Below are positions 8,270 through 16,890 of a DNA stretch of 64,000 nucleotides, piece after piece (the first letter of the stretch is position 1; every line of letters starts with the position of its first letter). The DNA lies in IMG/VR virus record IMGVR_UViG_3300028327_000585; one strand, 5' to 3'. The stretch is from a virus. Position numbers and translations under genes: made by a program. Under the pieces are notes generated by a model. That model did not search any database. It was not told where the DNA came from and was given only the letters and a program-made list of their open reading frames with translations.

Positions 8270-10792
8270 CTAAAACTTATTGAACCAGGTGCCTAGGAGT
8301 TCCTGTTCTGTAAGTTGTCTGGGCTTGGTCATGTGGAAGTCCATGAGGGCGAATTGGGTGGCCTGGTATGGAGCCAGCAATACACGGCCATTTCCGACAA
8401 AGGCTCCACCGGCGTATTTGAATTTGTTGACATTATAGTCTCCGCAATACCTTGTCGATTCAGTATCAATGAGAGCCGATTGCGGATACGAGAATGGGAT
8501 TGCGAGAGGTTTGCCGACATAGACGCCGCCGCAGAACCTCATGTTGTTTGTGTAATAGTCATTTGCGATCTCAGATAACTCTGTGGTTGTTCCCAGCTCG
8601 CCATCAATAAGCAGCGGTCTGGATTCGCCAAACGGAATAGCCAAGACCAATCCATTGCCCAAATACACGCCGCCTCTGTATTTCGACAGGTTGTTGTTGA
8701 CGACGCCAAATTGGGTGATTGTCTTTTTGTACGCGTCAATGATTGCCGGGCGCGGAGTGTCAAGCGGAATCGCCACGGTTTTCCCGTTGCCAATATAGAC
8801 GCCGCCGGCATAATGTCCGCCATTGCTGTTTGCGCCGTCCAGATTGCCAAATGTCGTTATGGTTTTGGCTTCAACGTCTATCACAGCGGCGTGTTTACCG
8901 CCATACGGAATTAATGTCGCCGTGCCGTTCTCATTGTAGGTCGCTCCCCAATATTTATCGGGAGTTGAATAGTCCTCTGCTATTGAGACAGCCTGCTTCG
9001 TCCTGGTGTTTATCAGCACGGGCGCATTAGCGACGGCCAGCACAACGCCTTCGCCGACATAACATCCGCCCCTGCAAGAGCGGCCTTTATCAACATTGAC
9101 GCTGGTGACAAGCGGCGTTTCCCCTTCAAGATCGATCAACTGGAAGTTATAATTGTCCTGTCCAAGCATGTTGTATCTGATGGCGACGGCAAGATTGTCA
9201 CCGGCGTAAACCATGCCTATGTATTTCGTTTCAGACGTATAACTGGCGAAGAAATACTCTGTTGTTATGTCACCAATGTCGCAAATATCGCCAATATCAA
9301 TGGGGTCGGTGAGCGCGTCTTTTTTTACAATGCTCCACTCGGCAAAGAATTTTCTGTCCCTGTCGACAACAATACTGTGGATAGCGTCCGCTTCGTAGCA
9401 ATGATCTTCTTCGTCAAACCATCTATAAACTCCGCATTTCCCATCGGTTGATGTGAGTTTCGGAATGTACAGTCGGTAGTCGTCCGTCTTTGTTACAGTG
9501 ATGTCTTTCGGCCAATCATCAAACTGAAAAATAGGTGCTAATTGTAAAAAGCTAATTGTAAAGACCCTTAGATGAGCGTTTTCGTCCATGTAAAAGGTCA
9601 AAAACTTTGTAAAGGTCTGCTTGACCATCGGCAGAAACGCATTGAGCTTGTCGTTATGTTTTTTGTCGTGGCTCTCAATAATGGTCACACCGCTGAACAT
9701 CTCTGTGATTGAATACGTGGGCACAGATGTAAAGCGGTTGTCTTTGAAGTCTGTAAAGTCGCTCGCCACCTGGTTTGTGTTTACCGGGAGTTTGTATGCG
9801 GGTGACGGCGGGACATTCGGAAGATTCTCCAGCAGTCTGTGATCTCCCATTTCGTAATAAATTTCCGGCGTCTGGTCAAAAGAAAGCTCGCTGTCCCAAA
9901 AAAGCGCCGCGTAATCTTCCAACTTCTCCCGATCAATATTCAGCAGCCCTACCAGGGCCTCGGATTTGTTTGCCAGCAAGGTCTGGATGAACCTGGCCGG
10001 ATCGCTGTAAAAATCGTACACATAGACGGGCGGATCGCACAGCCCCTCAAATTTTTTGAGGTTGTAACCCAAATGGAATTTGGAATTTGTCGGCCCGGAC
10101 ACGTAGAAAGTATTAACCACGCCATTTGTGTCAATGGTAATGGAGTTTTGCGTGAGTTCTGTTATCACTCCGTCCATAGGCGCCGTAGGATAGCCTAAAA
10201 CCGCTGAGATGAAGTTTGTCAGATTGTCCTGCGTCGCGCCTTTCATTCTGATGTAAAGCAGGGCGAATATCTCACGCCGGGCGGCTTTTAGCTGAACGTC
10301 TATGTATTCATAGTCCAGGGGGTAAATGCCATTCTGGATTATATTTGAGTATTGCTTGATTGCCGGTGTATAACCAAGCAGCTTGCCGTAAAACTCAATG
10401 ACAGGATAGGTGTCAATGACTACTTCCTTGGCGTACAGCGTATACGGCGGTTTCTCGTCAAACTCAATGAATCTGGTTTCATTGAACACGTCGTGTTTCA
10501 GTCTGAAGGGTTTGTTGTAGAGCGCCTGGAACTTCGGATCTACATAAAGCTCGCCAATGTGTATGATGCTCTTGTCTATTGGCACTCTGACGCCGTTGAT
10601 CTCAAACGCTTTATACATCTCTTTCAGGACATTCGGACACTCGTCAATATTCATGATTTTCATGATGTCGGTTGCGCGTTGAAGTGTGTCCTCAACGGCC
10701 ATTGTCTGCAATTCAATAAAAGGATCAGCAAAGCGTCTCCCCTTATCGTCAGCAAAGTGATTCGCGAAGAAAGACGGCAGCAGACGAAGCAT
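8270..10792 (-). CDS. Baseplate/tail-associated protein with C-terminal beta-propeller-like repeats
   Basis: About six repeats of YxGGxYxGNGxVxAIP at the C-terminus; translationally coupled to the SNF2 gene (TAATG); the baseplate assignment of the N-half is inference. Confidence 0.6.
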   Translation of the reverse strand: MLRLLPSFFANHFADDKGRRFADPFIELQTMAVEDTLQRATDIMKIMNIDECPNVLKEMYKAFEINGVRVPIDKSIIHIGELYVDPKFQALYNKPFRLKHDVFNETRFIEFDEKPPYTLYAKEVVIDTYPVIEFYGKLLGYTPAIKQYSNIIQNGIYPLDYEYIDVQLKAARREIFALLYIRMKGATQDNLTNFISAVLGYPTAPMDGVITELTQNSITIDTNGVVNTFYVSGPTNSKFHLGYNLKKFEGLCDPPVYVYDFYSDPARFIQTLLANKSEALVGLLNIDREKLEDYAALFWDSELSFDQTPEIYYEMGDHRLLENLPNVPPSPAYKLPVNTNQVASDFTDFKDNRFTSVPTYSITEMFSGVTIIESHDKKHNDKLNAFLPMVKQTFTKFLTFYMDENAHLRVFTISFLQLAPIFQFDDWPKDITVTKTDDYRLYIPKLTSTDGKCGVYRWFDEEDHCYEADAIHSIVVDRDRKFFAEWSIVKKDALTDPIDIGDICDIGDITTEYFFASYTSETKYIGMVYAGDNLAVAIRYNMLGQDNYNFQLIDLEGETPLVTSVNVDKGRSCRGGCYVGEGVVLAVANAPVLINTRTKQAVSIAEDYSTPDKYWGATYNENGTATLIPYGGKHAAVIDVEAKTITTFGNLDGANSNGGHYAGGVYIGNGKTVAIPLDTPRPAIIDAYKKTITQFGVVNNNLSKYRGGVYLGNGLVLAIPFGESRPLLIDGELGTTTELSEIANDYYTNNMRFCGGVYVGKPLAIPFSYPQSALIDTESTRYCGDYNVNKFKYAGGAFVGNGRVLLAPYQATQFALMDFHMTKPRQLTEQELLGTWFNKF

Positions 10793-12210
10793 TAATTGAC
10801 CTTTCTCAATGCTGATAAGAACTGCATGTTCAGAGCGTCCTTTTCAGCGGCTCTAGCGGCAATATATTCGTCAACACCAAGCGGATTGTATTTCTTGTTA
10901 AAGACGCGCCTGACCTTGCCAAAAGCCCCCAGACGCGGCGTGGACTGATAACTGACAACGCGGACATTCCGCTCGGCAGGTGGCAGGGCGTCGTGAGAAC
11001 GGTATCTGGCGGTTCTTCCGATGGCCTGCTTGATTTTCTCAGGGTTCCAGGACGGCTCAAGGACACCCATGTGCTTTGTTCCCTTCAGATCAAGCCCCTC
11101 ACCGCCGGCAGGAGACAAAAGAAGAGTCTTGAGTCTTCCGTCATTGTAATCGCGCACCATTTTGTCCCGATCTGCCTTTGACTGAGAACCCGTAAACTTC
11201 CCGTAGGGGATACGCAGTCGATTCAGACCGTGCTCCAGCGGATTGATGCCGGAATCCAGATATTGCGAATAGACGACTGACTTGAAGTTCGGATCGTTGT
11301 CAACACCGAGGCGAATGTCATTCAATACCGCCGATATTTTGGGCGATGGGTTTTTCGCGCCATAGCCCTGGGCCGTGTTGCTCACCTGGCGGGCGCCCTG
11401 CAAAAAGGCGTTCATGTTTTTTGATTCGGACTTGTTTGGCGGCAAACCCTTTTTCACCTTGTATCTAGCCCACATCGGCAGGTTGCCGAACACGTAGTTG
11501 TAGTATTTCTGCTGCTCTTTGTCCATCTGTATTCTGCGTGTTTCGTGAGTCACGCTTGGGAGATGTTTTTTGTATTCGTCGTCACCGGCAAAACTGTGAA
11601 CGTATGGCCGCGCTCTTTGGGTAAAATCGTTCAGATTGTATCCGACCTCGACCTTGCCGGGCTTCGCTCCGATTATCCGCCCCCACAATCCGGGCTTGAT
11701 GGTCTTTTCCCGGATGTAGCGGTCGCGGAATTCCTGAGTGTTCCTGCCAAGTATGGGTTTGCCTGTGGCTGTGTGAAGCAATTCCCCGATTTCGGACGGA
11801 TGATTCTGCGCCAGTGAACCGCTCAAACCTATGAAATTCGGCACCTTTTGACGCGCAGCCCTTAAAGTGGAGCCTGTCAGACTCCCCGCGTCCTTGCCCC
11901 TATGAAACTCGTCCATGATTAAAGTGGACGGGTTATATTTTTCGATAGCTGTATTGGGATCGCGCCGAAACCTCTCGTAGGACATGATCTTGAAATCATC
12001 GGGGCGGAATTTATGCTTTTCGATTTCCTTTTGATAGTTGCCCACCAGAGAAGCGGGCAGGACAACCAGCTTATTGCCTGGAACTTCAGCGCCCGCCGCA
12101 AGAGATGTCAGCGTTTTACCGGAACCAAGGCCGTGATAAGCAACCAAAGTTCTGGATTTCTTAAATTTAGATACGGCTTCCTGCTGATGCGGTTGTAATG
12201 TTGTGGGCAT
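10792..12210 (-). CDS. SNF2/SF2 helicase-like ATPase
   Basis: LQPHQ, HGLGSGKT (Walker A), MDEFH (Walker B), LSGS, EGLDLK, QAIGRTAR. Confidence 0.9.
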   Translation of the reverse strand: MPTTLQPHQQEAVSKFKKSRTLVAYHGLGSGKTLTSLAAGAEVPGNKLVVLPASLVGNYQKEIEKHKFRPDDFKIMSYERFRRDPNTAIEKYNPSTLIMDEFHRGKDAGSLTGSTLRAARQKVPNFIGLSGSLAQNHPSEIGELLHTATGKPILGRNTQEFRDRYIREKTIKPGLWGRIIGAKPGKVEVGYNLNDFTQRARPYVHSFAGDDEYKKHLPSVTHETRRIQMDKEQQKYYNYVFGNLPMWARYKVKKGLPPNKSESKNMNAFLQGARQVSNTAQGYGAKNPSPKISAVLNDIRLGVDNDPNFKSVVYSQYLDSGINPLEHGLNRLRIPYGKFTGSQSKADRDKMVRDYNDGRLKTLLLSPAGGEGLDLKGTKHMGVLEPSWNPEKIKQAIGRTARYRSHDALPPAERNVRVVSYQSTPRLGAFGKVRRVFNKKYNPLGVDEYIAARAAEKDALNMQFLSALRKVN

Positions 12211-12216
12211 ATATTA

Positions 12217-12225
12217 AGTTTAACA
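12217..12225 (-). promoter_or_regulatory. Extended -10 (TGT-TAAACT) 6 nt before ATG 12210
   Basis: No SD between the box and ATG; leaderless geometry. Confidence 0.5.
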
Positions 12226-12227
12226 TA

Positions 12228-12434
12228 TCAGCAAACATATTCGCTCCATGATTCTTCCTCATTTGTATCGTAAAAATGAAGCGAAACCAGCCGCCAGCCA
12301 TCATCAATCACCCCAGGTTTACTCAGTTCGTCCGCGAAAATACGGCGGGCTAAATGAGAATCAAAAGTCCTATGTTTTTTGTAGATATAACCCAAGGCAT
12401 CCGAATATTCAAAATCAAGATTAAATTTAGTCAC
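12228..12434 (-). CDS. Hypothetical phage protein
   Basis: GTG start with SD AAGGAG, coupled to the upstream stop; 3' part of track ORF 12228-12524. Confidence 0.5.
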   Translation of the reverse strand: MTKFNLDFEYSDALGYIYKKHRTFDSHLARRIFADELSKPGVIDDGWRLVSLHFYDTNEEESWSEYVC

Positions 12435-12576
12435 GCTTCTCCTTGCGGCGAAATTCCTCAATAGCTTCCAATATTTGAGGATGGTGCGCCTGGACTTCTT
12501 TAACTGTGGGTGTATTGGGATCATCCTCAGCGCGTCTGAGGAATTCTTCCAACGCGGCAGTGGTATTCGTCGTCAT
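12427..12576 (-). CDS. Hypothetical small protein
   Basis: ATG with SD-like AGGGG; 3' part of track ORF 12427-12630. Confidence 0.5.
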   Translation of the reverse strand: MTTNTTAALEEFLRRAEDDPNTPTVKEVQAHHPQILEAIEEFRRKEKRD

Positions 12577-12631
12577 TACAACGCGCCCCTTTTTAAGAAT
12601 TGAGCATCTTTCAAAGTGCGGGAAAGTCATG

Positions 12632-12967
12632 TTACACGATTCCTTTTGTTTGAAATATGCTGCCCCACATGATTGCCCGATACTTGTTGTCCGACTTCAG
12701 TATGGCCTTTATCTCGGAGTAGAACCTGTTGTCGGGTGCGGCGTCTTTCTGCGGCTCGTAGTAATCCAAGACATCCTTTATGGAGCAGCAGTATTCGTCA
12801 ATCAAAACAAGTCCTGCCTTCAAGACACCTTGGCCTTTGCAATACTTTGCGAAATACTTCCTGGCATCGTCAAGGCTATGCCCGAACTGGCCCCACCATC
12901 TCAAGCCATCCCCTTTGTCGAGATATATTTTGTAGCTGTAGCTCTCGTCTAAAAATGATGTAATCAT
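12632..12967 (-). CDS. Hypothetical phage protein
   Basis: ATG 12967 with SD AAAGGAG; 3' part of track ORF 12632-13060. Confidence 0.55.
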   Translation of the reverse strand: MITSFLDESYSYKIYLDKGDGLRWWGQFGHSLDDARKYFAKYCKGQGVLKAGLVLIDEYCCSIKDVLDYYEPQKDAAPDNRFYSEIKAILKSDNKYRAIMWGSIFQTKGIV

Positions 12968-13127
12968 TTTCGCTCTCCTTTGGCGGAAAATTTTCTTTAT
13001 AACAAACTTCAGGCCAAACACGACGAAGAGCGTCCATAGTTTGAGCCAGAACATATTCATTTTCCACCGCTATTCTTTCAATCCAGGGCAGATACGAATC
13101 GGATCTTACAAATATTGTGTAGCTCAT
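12876..13127 (-). CDS. Hypothetical phage protein
   Basis: SD GGGAAGG before ATG; its 3' end overlaps the next gene, so the end is uncertain. Confidence 0.4.
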   Translation of the reverse strand: MSYTIFVRSDSYLPWIERIAVENEYVLAQTMDALRRVWPEVCYKENFPPKESENDYIIFRRELQLQNISRQRGWLEMVGPVRA

Positions 13128-13278
13128 GCGATTTCCTTCCCTTTTAATTAAATTGCGGACATGGTTTTCCTGTCAGTGTTAGCTGTATTGCTTTATTCAG
13201 TGCGCATGGTTTTGGACAAGGCGAAACGTGATCGTCGGGGATAGTTACCACACCTTTCAAGTGTCATATAGCAATCTC

Positions 13279-13575
13279 CTACCAGCATAACCACTCTTGT
13301 ACCGGTTCTGTTATATGCGTAAATATCCACAAGTCATCGTCAATTTCCTCGTTTTCGCATTCGCACAGGCAGTTATGTAGGTATATAGTTGCGCGCTCTA
13401 TCATTCCAAGTCTGTCACAATCTCCCATGAACATGTACGGGAAGCATAGGTCTTCACGTCCCTTTATCTGTACATCGTACAGATTCGGCCATATTTTCGG
13501 TATGAATTCCTCGTTATCTGGGTTTCTGACTCCCATTTTGATGAGTTCCTCGCGGTTGTAGAATTCTATTTTCAT
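13279..13575 (-). CDS. Hypothetical acidic phage protein
   Basis: ATG 13575 with SD AAAGGA (MKIEFYNREEL...). Confidence 0.6.
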   Translation of the reverse strand: MKIEFYNREELIKMGVRNPDNEEFIPKIWPNLYDVQIKGREDLCFPYMFMGDCDRLGMIERATIYLHNCLCECENEEIDDDLWIFTHITEPVQEWLCW

Positions 13576-13673
13576 GACAGTCCTTTCTTCGGCGTTTATC
13601 AGGGGCAGTGGCTGTATTGCTTGATTCTCTGCGATCCGCTTGTTCGGCAATAAATTCATTAGTAGAACGGTTG

Positions 13674-13823
13674 TCACACGACCTCCCACCACGAACTAAG
13701 TATTCCCCGGATAACATCCTGCACGCACTCTTCGATTTCTTCTGTGGTAGCCTCGTCTTCAATCTCAAATTCGCCTGTCTCTTCGGTTCTTTCAAGCTCT
13801 ACATGCCATTTAATCGTTTTCAT
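13674..13823 (-). CDS. 49-aa acidic micro-protein MKTIKWHVELERTEETGEFEIEDEATTEEIEECVQDVIRGILSSWWEVV
   Basis: Below track cutoff; SD AAAGGA; 15 of 49 residues D/E. Confidence 0.65.
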   Translation of the reverse strand: MKTIKWHVELERTEETGEFEIEDEATTEEIEECVQDVIRGILSSWWEVV

Positions 13824-14046
13824 TGTGTTTCCTTTTGGGTTTCAACGGAGCGGCTTCCAAGCAAGGTTTTAGTCGCAGGTCTTTATCGGCATCTTCGTCG
13901 TACTCGCATTGGCTTGTTTTGTATTCTTCGTCGTAAAACAGGCGGCAGGCTCCCTGGTGGTGCGCCTGTGGACAAGAGCGACCGCAGTACTTGCCGTCAG
14001 TTTCTATTTCGTATGCGTTAGTAATAACGATTGTTTGTTTTTTCAT
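13810..14046 (-). CDS. Small Cys-rich hypothetical protein
   Basis: SD GGAGG; CGRSC...CRLF...PCL pattern. Confidence 0.65.
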   Translation of the reverse strand: MKKQTIVITNAYEIETDGKYCGRSCPQAHHQGACRLFYDEEYKTSQCEYDEDADKDLRLKPCLEAAPLKPKRKHNEND

Positions 14047-14056
14047 ATATCCTCCA

Positions 14057-14065
14057 TGATATAAT
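14057..14065 (+). promoter_or_regulatory. Consensus extended -10 (TGA-TATAAT) 6 nt before ATG 14072
   Basis: Perfect TATAAT, no SD; leaderless geometry. Confidence 0.6.
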
Positions 14066-14071
14066 ATAGCC

Positions 14072-14599
14072 ATGAAAAATCCACAGCCAAATCAAATACC
14101 TCCTCCATTTGAGCTTGATATTGTCAGCGCCGGGCCGGATTGGTGCAAATATCAAATATTGGCTTTTAGGGGTGCTAGTAACAGCAATTCAAACATAAAC
14201 GAGGATTTTTTCCCTGTTGGCCCGACAAATCAGGTTAATTGGTCAACTCGCGAGGGAGCAAGCGTAACAATACCGGATAACGGGTATATTTATTTTAGAT
14301 TTTATGCAACAAACAACAATACACAAGCAATATTTATCTCTATCAATTCAGAGGGTTATACGCTTGGCGCGGGTGTGGGCATTCCCGTAGTGGGTATCAC
14401 AAATGGTATTTGGAACAGCTTCTGCTGGCCTGTGGCAAAGAACGACACCATAAAAATCTCTTTGCAGGCTCCAAACGCGAATCAGCAATATAACCTGCAA
14501 TACGAAAAAGATATGTGCTTATATTTTGCCCCATGCAGGAGAATATCTCTTGACTCGGTTATAGACAAAGAGCGTTTCAGGCAATGGCTTGAATCATGA
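14072..14599 (+). CDS. Putative virion/fibre-tip-like protein
   Basis: Beta-rich, AT-rich ORF; SVTIPDNGY...WPVAKNDTIKI...YFAPC resembles fibre C-terminal modules (inference). Confidence 0.45.
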   Translation: MKNPQPNQIPPPFELDIVSAGPDWCKYQILAFRGASNSNSNINEDFFPVGPTNQVNWSTREGASVTIPDNGYIYFRFYATNNNTQAIFISINSEGYTLGAGVGIPVVGITNGIWNSFCWPVAKNDTIKISLQAPNANQQYNLQYEKDMCLYFAPCRRISLDSVIDKERFRQWLES

Positions 14600-15261
14600 G
14601 CAACGACCTAATTCTTCAGTATCAGAAGTCGCCTGCTCCTGAATTGGAGCGGCAACTGCTGAATGAATACCGGCCATACATTCAGGCGTCAGCTAAAAAA
14701 TGGCGCGGGATTCTGCCGGACGCCGTTGTTGACTCACACGCCAACCGCTTTGCCGTCGAGGCTTTTAAGACCTACAAGCCGGGCGGGGCGACCATAAACA
14801 CACATTTGGCGTCAAAGCTGCAACAGTTGGGACGGCTCAATTACGAGCATTCAAACGTCGTGAAGATACCCGAACACCAGATAATGCGCCTGGGCGACTT
14901 AAAGCAGACCCAGGACTATCTGACGGACGTTTATGACCGCGAACCCACGCATGAAGAACTCGCAAGGGCGATGAAGATGCCCAAGGCGCACATCAGAAGG
15001 ATGCTGGCGAACTCCAGGGCGGATCTCATCAACGACAGTGATTCAGAGCAGATTGGCGTCCTGAAATCAAATTACGAAAAGTCCAATCTTCTGGCCGGAT
15101 ACCGCCAGCAGCTAAATGAAACAGAACAGAAACAGTTTGACCATATCACCGGGTTCGGCGGCGTAACTCCGCTCAAACCCAGTGAGTTTGGCAAAAAATA
15201 TGGTTTGAAACCATATCAGGTCTCGAAACTGAAACAGAGGTTCGCGGCGGGGTTAGGCTGA
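14596..15261 (+). CDS. Phage sigma-70-like (FliA/WhiG-type) factor
   Basis: Region-2-like YRPYIQASAKKW...AVEAFKTYKP, VVKIPEH, region-3 REPTHEELARAM, region-4 HTH LKPSEFGKKYGLKPYQVSKL. Confidence 0.7.
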   Translation: MSNDLILQYQKSPAPELERQLLNEYRPYIQASAKKWRGILPDAVVDSHANRFAVEAFKTYKPGGATINTHLASKLQQLGRLNYEHSNVVKIPEHQIMRLGDLKQTQDYLTDVYDREPTHEELARAMKMPKAHIRRMLANSRADLINDSDSEQIGVLKSNYEKSNLLAGYRQQLNETEQKQFDHITGFGGVTPLKPSEFGKKYGLKPYQVSKLKQRFAAGLG

Positions 15262-15888
15262 ATCCTTCCCGTGAAACCACACTTCCTCTATAGCCAGGTC
15301 AACATAATCACTCCAAATCAGGCCGTGTCCGCCAGGGGAAAGCCACACGCTCTGAAAGAACTCTTCGTCTTCAAGAGGCGCGAAATACTTGGGTTCATTC
15401 TGGATAAGTGGCTTCATGTCATAGGTTTTCACAGTGCCATCGCTGAATGTAACCTGGAGGATTTTGTCCGCGCAGACCTGGACTGACTGACCGAATGGGC
15501 AGGATAGCTCTATTATTTTGGGTTCGTCCTCTATTGAAAAAATAGATTCGCCTTTTTCATTAAATCCATGAACGTGCGGAGGCTCAATATCTTTGAGATA
15601 CATACACATACAAATTATATTTTCCTCTACTTTTTCTTCCCCGTTGCGCCATATCTCTTCTATATCAAGACTAACGCCATTATCCCAAAACAATTCGCGC
15701 CCTGTAGGCGATAAATCCACATCCCGAAAAATATCCTCGTTCTCAAGAGACGTGAAAGGTTCATTCTTGATAAGTGGTTCCATATCGTAGTTCTTTTCGG
15801 TTCCGTCTTCAAAAATGACATGAACCACTTTATCCCACAGAAAAAAAACCTCTGTGGCGGATGGGCAGCCTATTTTTTCTTTATCCAT
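15253..15888 (-). CDS. DUF2442-[partial DUF4160]-DUF2442 chimeric antitoxin-like protein
   Basis: Two copies of VxFxDGxxKxYDMxPL...FxxVxLSPxGxxLxW...DLxxEExW flanking MCMYLKDIEPPHVH; ATG 15888 with SD GGGGA. Confidence 0.75.
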   Translation of the reverse strand: MDKEKIGCPSATEVFFLWDKVVHVIFEDGTEKNYDMEPLIKNEPFTSLENEDIFRDVDLSPTGRELFWDNGVSLDIEEIWRNGEEKVEENIICMCMYLKDIEPPHVHGFNEKGESIFSIEDEPKIIELSCPFGQSVQVCADKILQVTFSDGTVKTYDMKPLIQNEPKYFAPLEDEEFFQSVWLSPGGHGLIWSDYVDLAIEEVWFHGKDSA

Positions 15889-16259
15889 GACTTCCCCTTG
15901 ATCTTCGTTGTAAAGTCCTGCTTTTCCCACTTCTCGGCAAACTCATCTTTGTTACTTTCTGTCCATATAAGTGTTTGTTTGACGTCTCCTGTGGGCAGCC
16001 CTTTGCCAATATGTTTCACCCGTCCGTCAAGAAAAATTTTAGACGTCAGCCCGTCTTGGTTGGTAGCGTGTATGTGCGGATCTCCATGATCCTTTCGTGA
16101 TTCCGGCAGCCCCTCTGTAGGGTTCATCTCTATTCTGATTGGATTGCCGCCTTTTTTATTTTTTGCAAAGTCAATAGTGGGAGCGGCTCCTTTTCTTATC
16201 TCCGCCAGCTTCTTTAAACTCATTCCTATCAGTATTGGTCGGGTTTTTATGAATCCCAT
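15870..16259 (-). CDS. DUF4160-family (DhiT-like) toxin-like protein
   Basis: IRIEM...DHGDPHIHA...GLPTGDVKQTLIWTESNKDEFAEKW; ATG 16259 with SD GGAGGG; overlaps the start of the DUF2442 gene. Confidence 0.7.
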   Translation of the reverse strand: MGFIKTRPILIGMSLKKLAEIRKGAAPTIDFAKNKKGGNPIRIEMNPTEGLPESRKDHGDPHIHATNQDGLTSKIFLDGRVKHIGKGLPTGDVKQTLIWTESNKDEFAEKWEKQDFTTKIKGKSWIKKK

Positions 16260-16282
16260 TGATTCCCTCCTGCAAAACCATT

Positions 16283-16741
16283 CTAACTGAATATTAATCT
16301 TTTCCCGTTGCTTGCAGCGTACTCCATGAGTTCTATTATCAGACGCATACTGTCGTAGTCCTCGTCGGCTTTCGGCCACACGGCAAGCAGTGATCTCATC
16401 CTTTTGATCATCGCTCCGCATTGTTTCGGCCCGATGTAACCATTGCAGTCCGAGTGTTTCAGAAATGGGATTATTGGGTCTGTTCCCTTGTTCCATTTCT
16501 TTTTAGGCGTGTTCGTATCAGGAACGAGCGCGTCCAGCGCTTCTGTTGATGGGAAGCATTCAAAGTCTCCGAAGTATTCGCCGCTTACCCTCCGCACGAG
16601 ATTCAGTCCGTCAAGAAGCATATTTATTTGATTTAGATCTATCCCCGCCAACACTGCCAGTTTTGTTCGTATTATGTGAAAGTGCCAATACGCCGAATGA
16701 AAGTAATTGTCATTGCCTTTTACGCTGAGGGCGATACCCAT
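16283..16741 (-). CDS. Conserved hypothetical phage protein (in-frame upstream ATG at 16789)
   Basis: SD AAAGGAG; FLKHSDCNGYI motif of a type common in phage hypotheticals. Confidence 0.6.
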   Translation of the reverse strand: MGIALSVKGNDNYFHSAYWHFHIIRTKLAVLAGIDLNQINMLLDGLNLVRRVSGEYFGDFECFPSTEALDALVPDTNTPKKKWNKGTDPIIPFLKHSDCNGYIGPKQCGAMIKRMRSLLAVWPKADEDYDSMRLIIELMEYAASNGKRLIFS

Positions 16742-16756
16742 GTTTTCTCCTTTATT

Positions 16757-16787
16757 AAAAAAAAAAGAGGAAATACTATATTCCCTC
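16757..16787 (-). terminator. Terminator/attenuator in the 5' leader of the 16741-DUF4160-DUF2442 operon
   Basis: Minus strand GAGGGAATA-TAG-TATTTCCTC (9-bp stem, one G-U) followed by 10 T, between the TGTTATAAA box and the SD. Confidence 0.55.
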
Positions 16788-16890
16788 ATAGTGTTTATAA
16801 CAAAATTTCCAGTGTTTTTGCCGGTCCGCTCAATTACCTCGAATTTGAGGTATTTTGTGGTAATATAATATTATATAAGGACAAGTAAAA

